Part shown: in pieces, positions 20,757 through 24,000 of the stretch
How the letters are laid out: every line of letters begins with the position of its first letter
Position numbering within the stretch: the first letter of the stretch is position 1
Assembly: GCF_004342025.1 (NCBI RefSeq)
Contig: NZ_SLWN01000001.1
Coordinates: 810,788 to 834,787 of the forward strand
DNA length: 24,000 nt
From: Kribbella steppae
Lineage (GTDB): Bacteria > Actinomycetota > Actinomycetes > Propionibacteriales > Kribbellaceae
Direction: 5' to 3'
Program-made: the position numbers and the translations under genes
Notes under the pieces: model-generated
What the model was told of the DNA's origin: nothing
The model's database searches: none
The model's input: the letters and a program-made list of their open reading frames with translations, nothing else

Positions 20757-20772
20757 ACCTGACCCGTCAGGT
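20757..20772 (-). terminator. Perfect inverted repeat downstream of rodA (possible terminator)
   Basis: acctgac-cc-gtcaggt gives 7 bp of complementarity, 33 nt after the rodA stop. A second small GC hairpin, ccggg-tgac-cccgg, lies at 20787-20800. There is no U-tract. Confidence 0.25.
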
Positions 20773-20804
20773 CTCTTCGTGCCAAGCCGGGTGACCCCGG
20801 CGCG

Positions 20805-21974
20805 TCAGAAGCGATGCGAGCGCAGGTGGATGTTCTGGAGTAGACCAATGGCGAGCAAACACGCGAACATCGACGAGCCGCCGTAGGAGACGAACGGGAG
20901 CGGCAGCCCGGTGACCGGCATGATTCCGAGCGTCATCCCGATGTTCTCGAACGCCTGGAACGCGAACCAGCACACGATTCCGGTCGCCACCAGCCGGCCG
21001 AACGCGTCCCGCGCGTTGATCGCGATCCGCAGCCCCCGCAGCAGCACCAGCGCGAACAGCACGATGATCGCGCCGGCCCCGATCAGCCCGAGCTCCTCCC
21101 CCGCGACAGTGAAGACGAAGTCGGTGTGCTGCTCGGGCACGAACGCGTTCTGCGTCTGGCCGCCGTGGAACAGCCCTTGGCCGAACACACCGCCGTTGCC
21201 GATCGCGATCCGGGCCTGGTTCACGTTGTACCCGATGCCCTGCGGGTCCTGGGACGGATCCGCGAACGCGATGAACCGGGCCAACTGGTAGTCCTTCAGC
21301 ACCTGCAACTTGATCGCCAGCGCCGCCACCACCACACCCGCGGTCACCAGTCCAAGCATCCAGCGCTTCGGTACGCCGGAGACCGCGATGATCCCGAACA
21401 CGATCGAGCCGAGCACCATCACCGTGCCCAGGTCGGGCTGCAGCATCACCAGCACCACCGGTACGGCGGCGACCCCGATCGCCTGCGCGACGTCGACGGT
21501 CCGGGCTGTGTCGTGGTGGTCGGTCTCGCCCTTCTCGGCGATCAGCAGCGCCATCCCGACGATCACCGCCAGCTTGGCGAACTCACTGGGCTGGATCGAC
21601 ATCCAGGGCAGCTGGATCCACGACCGCGAACCGTTGATCACGGCACCGACCCCGGGCACCAGGACCAGGATCAGCCCGACGACCGAAGCGGCATACAGGA
21701 CTGGGGCGAGGATGCGGACCCGGCGGGGGTCGGTGACGGCGGCGCCGATCGCGAGCACCAGGCCGATGGCGAAGTTGAGCGCGTGCCGAAGCAGGAAGGC
21801 GTACTGGTTCCCATCGGTCAGCGAGGTCCGCCCGTGGGTCGCGGACCAGATCAGCATCGCGCCGATCGACGACAGCGCGACCACACCGAGCACCAGGACC
21901 CAGTCCACGTGCCACACCGTCGACCGCCGGTCCATCCGCGGTCTGGTCCGGATGGGCGTCAGCAGCGCCATCAT
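20805..21974 (-). CDS. rodA: SEDS-family peptidoglycan glycosyltransferase RodA (FtsW/RodA/SpoVE family)
   Basis: A multi-pass membrane protein with PSEFAKLAVI, MLQPDLGT, TDFVFTVAGEELGLIG and GMTLGIMPVTGLPLPFVSYGGSSM. ATG 21974 follows GAGG and lies 7 nt after the PBP2 stop. The track ORF N-terminal extension is R/S-rich junk. Confidence 0.9.
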   Translation of the reverse strand: MMALLTPIRTRPRMDRRSTVWHVDWVLVLGVVALSSIGAMLIWSATHGRTSLTDGNQYAFLLRHALNFAIGLVLAIGAAVTDPRRVRILAPVLYAASVVGLILVLVPGVGAVINGSRSWIQLPWMSIQPSEFAKLAVIVGMALLIAEKGETDHHDTARTVDVAQAIGVAAVPVVLVMLQPDLGTVMVLGSIVFGIIAVSGVPKRWMLGLVTAGVVVAALAIKLQVLKDYQLARFIAFADPSQDPQGIGYNVNQARIAIGNGGVFGQGLFHGGQTQNAFVPEQHTDFVFTVAGEELGLIGAGAIIVLFALVLLRGLRIAINARDAFGRLVATGIVCWFAFQAFENIGMTLGIMPVTGLPLPFVSYGGSSMFACLLAIGLLQNIHLRSHRF

Positions 21975-21981
21975 CGCGACC

Positions 21982-24000
21982 TCATGGTGTCGGCTGCTTC
22001 GGCTGCTCGGCCGGCGGCGTCGGCTTGATGTTGTAGAGCGTCTCGTAGATCTTGCGGACCGCCTCACCACCGGCGCCCGAACCCGTACCGGCCTGGCTGA
22101 TCATCATCACCACGGCATAGCGGTCCGTGTACGACGCCATCCACGAGGTGGTCTGTTTGCCGTAGACCTCCGCCGTACCGGTCTTGGCCCGGATCTGCAC
22201 CTGGTCGACCGGGAACCCGTTGAACTTCCAGGCCGCCGTACCGGTCTTGACCGTCTCCTTCAGGGACCGGTCGATATAGCGCAGCGTCGCCGCCGACACC
22301 GGCAGCTTCGAGTTCACCTTCGGCTTGATCTCGTGCGGCTTGCCGTTCGCGCCGATCCACGACTGCACGACCCGCGGGGAGTACAGCGTCCCGCCGTTCG
22401 ACAGTGCCGAGTAGACCGTTGCCAATTGCAGCGGGGTCAGCGTGGTATCGCCCTGGCCGATGGCGAAGTTCACCGCATCGCCGGCGCGGTACTTGTAGCC
22501 GTCGACGCAGAACTCACGCGAGAACTGCTTCAGGAACGCCGAGGTCCCGGCCGGCGGATTGTCCGCGAGCTTGCAGTAGTAGTCCTTCTGCGAGTCGTAG
22601 TACTGCTTCTTCCACTTGCGGTCCGCGATCCGGCCGCTGACCTCGCCGGGCAGGTCGACCCCGGTCGGCTTGCCGAGGCCGAACTTCTGCGCCATCTCGA
22701 CCAGCGGGTCGCGGGTGCTGACGTCGCTGGAGTTGCCGCCCTCCTTCAGCCAGAGCGCGTACGCGATCCGGTAGAAGAAGGTGTCGCAGGACAGCGCGAG
22801 CGCCTGGTCGAAGCCGATCATCCCGTAGGACGCGGACTCGTAGTTCTTGAACCGGCGGTTGCCGACCTCGAAGTACGACGAGCAGTCCAGCCGGGTCTTG
22901 GTGCTGTACCCGGCGCCCATCGCGGCCGCGGTGGTGATCGGCTTGAACGTCGATCCGGGAGCCAGCTGTCCCTGCACGGCTCGCGAGACCAGCGGGGTGC
23001 CGGACTTCGTCGAGTACAACGCGTCCAGCTCGCGCTGGGTGATACCGCCGACCCAGACACCCGGGTCGTACGTCGGGTAGCTGGCCATCGCGACGATCCG
23101 GCCGGTCTTGGTGTCCATCACGACCGCGGCACCGGAGTCGGCGACGTACTTGCGCTTGGTGATCTTGTCGTACTGCTTCCGCGCGGTCATGATCGCGGTG
23201 CGCAGTTGCGCCTCGACCGACGCCTGGATCCGCGCGTCGATCGTGGTCACCAGGGTGGCGCCAGGCACCGGCGCGGTCTGCTTCCGGACGCCGGTGGTGT
23301 ACCCGACCGCGTCGACGATGACGTCCTTGACGCCCGGCGAACCGCGCAGGAGCTTGTCGTACGTGCGCTCGACACCGGCCCGGCCGACCAGGTCGGAACG
23401 GTGCGGCACCGAGTCCTGACCGGCCTTCTCCAGGTCGTCCAGTTCCTCGGTCGTGATCGGTGAGAGGTAGCCGAGGATGTGGGCGGCATTCATCTTGAGC
23501 GGTGAGGGATACGCGCGCAGCGTCTGCGATTCCGCGGCGACGCCCGGGAAGTCCTCGCGGCGTTCCATCACCTCGATCGCGACCTGCTCGTTGACGTCCT
23601 TCGCCACCGGGATCGGCTGGTACGGCGTACCGTTCCAGCACGCCGGCGGTTTCGAGGCACCGGGCTCACCGCACAGCATCGTCCGCGCCTTGAGGTCCCT
23701 CGGCTTCTGGCCGAGCACCTTCGCCAGCCGGACGATCACCACGTTCTGCTGGCTCTCCGGCAGTTTCGCGAGCACCGAACGGTCGACGGTGATGACCAGC
23801 GACACCCGGTTGCCGACCAGCGTGCGACCTTGCGAGTCGACGATCGTGCCGCGCGGCGCCGGCACCAGCACCTGACGGGTGTGGTTCTGCGTCGCGGCCT
23901 GGGTGTAGTCCGCGTTGGACATCACCTGCATGTACCAGAGCCGCCCGAACAACGTGGAGAACAACGAGAAAACCAGCACGCCGATCACGAACAACCGCAG
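21982..24000 (-). CDS. mrdA: Penicillin-binding protein 2 (class B transpeptidase, elongasome); the 5' end is outside the window
   Basis: TM anchor VIGVLVFSLFSTLFGRLWYMQV. Dimerisation-domain motifs RGTIVDSQGRTLV and RAYP. Transpeptidase motifs PGSTFKP (SxxK), SCD region (SxN-like) and KTGTA (KTG). The open frame continues to position 24000, so the true start is beyond the window. Confidence 0.9.
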   Translation of the reverse strand: MRLFVIGVLVFSLFSTLFGRLWYMQVMSNADYTQAATQNHTRQVLVPAPRGTIVDSQGRTLVGNRVSLVITVDRSVLAKLPESQQNVVIVRLAKVLGQKPRDLKARTMLCGEPGASKPPACWNGTPYQPIPVAKDVNEQVAIEVMERREDFPGVAAESQTLRAYPSPLKMNAAHILGYLSPITTEELDDLEKAGQDSVPHRSDLVGRAGVERTYDKLLRGSPGVKDVIVDAVGYTTGVRKQTAPVPGATLVTTIDARIQASVEAQLRTAIMTARKQYDKITKRKYVADSGAAVVMDTKTGRIVAMASYPTYDPGVWVGGITQRELDALYSTKSGTPLVSRAVQGQLAPGSTFKPITTAAAMGAGYSTKTRLDCSSYFEVGNRRFKNYESASYGMIGFDQALALSCDTFFYRIAYALWLKEGGNSSDVSTRDPLVEMAQKFGLGKPTGVDLPGEVSGRIADRKWKKQYYDSQKDYYCKLADNPPAGTSAFLKQFSREFCVDGYKYRAGDAVNFAIGQGDTTLTPLQLATVYSALSNGGTLYSPRVVQSWIGANGKPHEIKPKVNSKLPVSAATLRYIDRSLKETVKTGTAAWKFNGFPVDQVQIRAKTGTAEVYGKQTTSWMASYTDRYAVVMMISQAGTGSGAGGEAVRKIYETLYNIKPTPPAEQPKQPTP

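Noticed and set aside
7496-20804. Accessory segment as a prophage, ICE or classical genomic island
   Set aside because: No integrase, transposase, recombinase, tRNA attachment site or flanking direct repeats are visible, and GC content looks similar to the flanks by eye. I can only call it a variable-looking region, not a mobile element.
21310-23463. 717-aa plus-strand ORF
   Set aside because: It is antisense to rodA and mrdA, which have unambiguous SEDS and PBP motifs. The composition is Arg/Pro/Gly-rich and low in complexity, so it is a shadow ORF.
1-24000. tRNA, rRNA, tmRNA, RNase P or known riboswitch elements
   Set aside because: I scanned by eye for conserved tRNA T-loop and acceptor patterns and for long non-coding gaps and found none. 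All gaps over 100 bp are listed above. A covariance-model scan would be needed to exclude small RNAs.

Overview
High-GC (about 70%) Actinomycetota-type chromosomal window. I support 22 protein-coding genes. I saw no tRNA, rRNA, CRISPR array, transposase or integrase. All domain calls come from motifs read in the supplied translations or in my own hand translation; no database search was possible. Left block (1-7460): a partial secreted M64 metallopeptidase, a PlsC-type acyltransferase, pheA, a LacI-family regulator with a clipped HTH, a tandem-GNAT acetyltransferase and a TIGR03960-type radical SAM protein. Right block (20805-24000): rodA and a partial mrdA (PBP2), preceded by a lipoprotein, CMD-family and ECF41 sigma factor module and by a divergent Lrp/DUF2000 pair. 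The accessory-looking middle (7.5-17.7 kb) holds the most interesting content. (1) A stand-alone 732-aa protein joins a macro-like (ADP-ribose-type) N-terminal domain to a KAP-family P-loop NTPase with an inserted transmembrane hairpin; it is a candidate conflict or defence gene. (2) A translationally coupled minus-strand operon encodes an M43 metalloprotease fused to a seven-blade PLL/DUF346-like lectin propeller (7 x 147-bp in-frame repeats), a 99-aa protein with no canonical start codon, an M28 aminopeptidase carrying one orphan propeller blade, and a Tyr-phosphatase-like/HAD double phosphatase fusion. A small secreted 4-Cys protein follows. Other oddities are a perfect 20-bp x 5.5 tandem repeat that embeds the stop codons of two convergent genes, a 35-bp divergent intergenic region consistent with two leaderless mRNAs, and a G-run-rich 275-nt region upstream of the protease-lectin gene.
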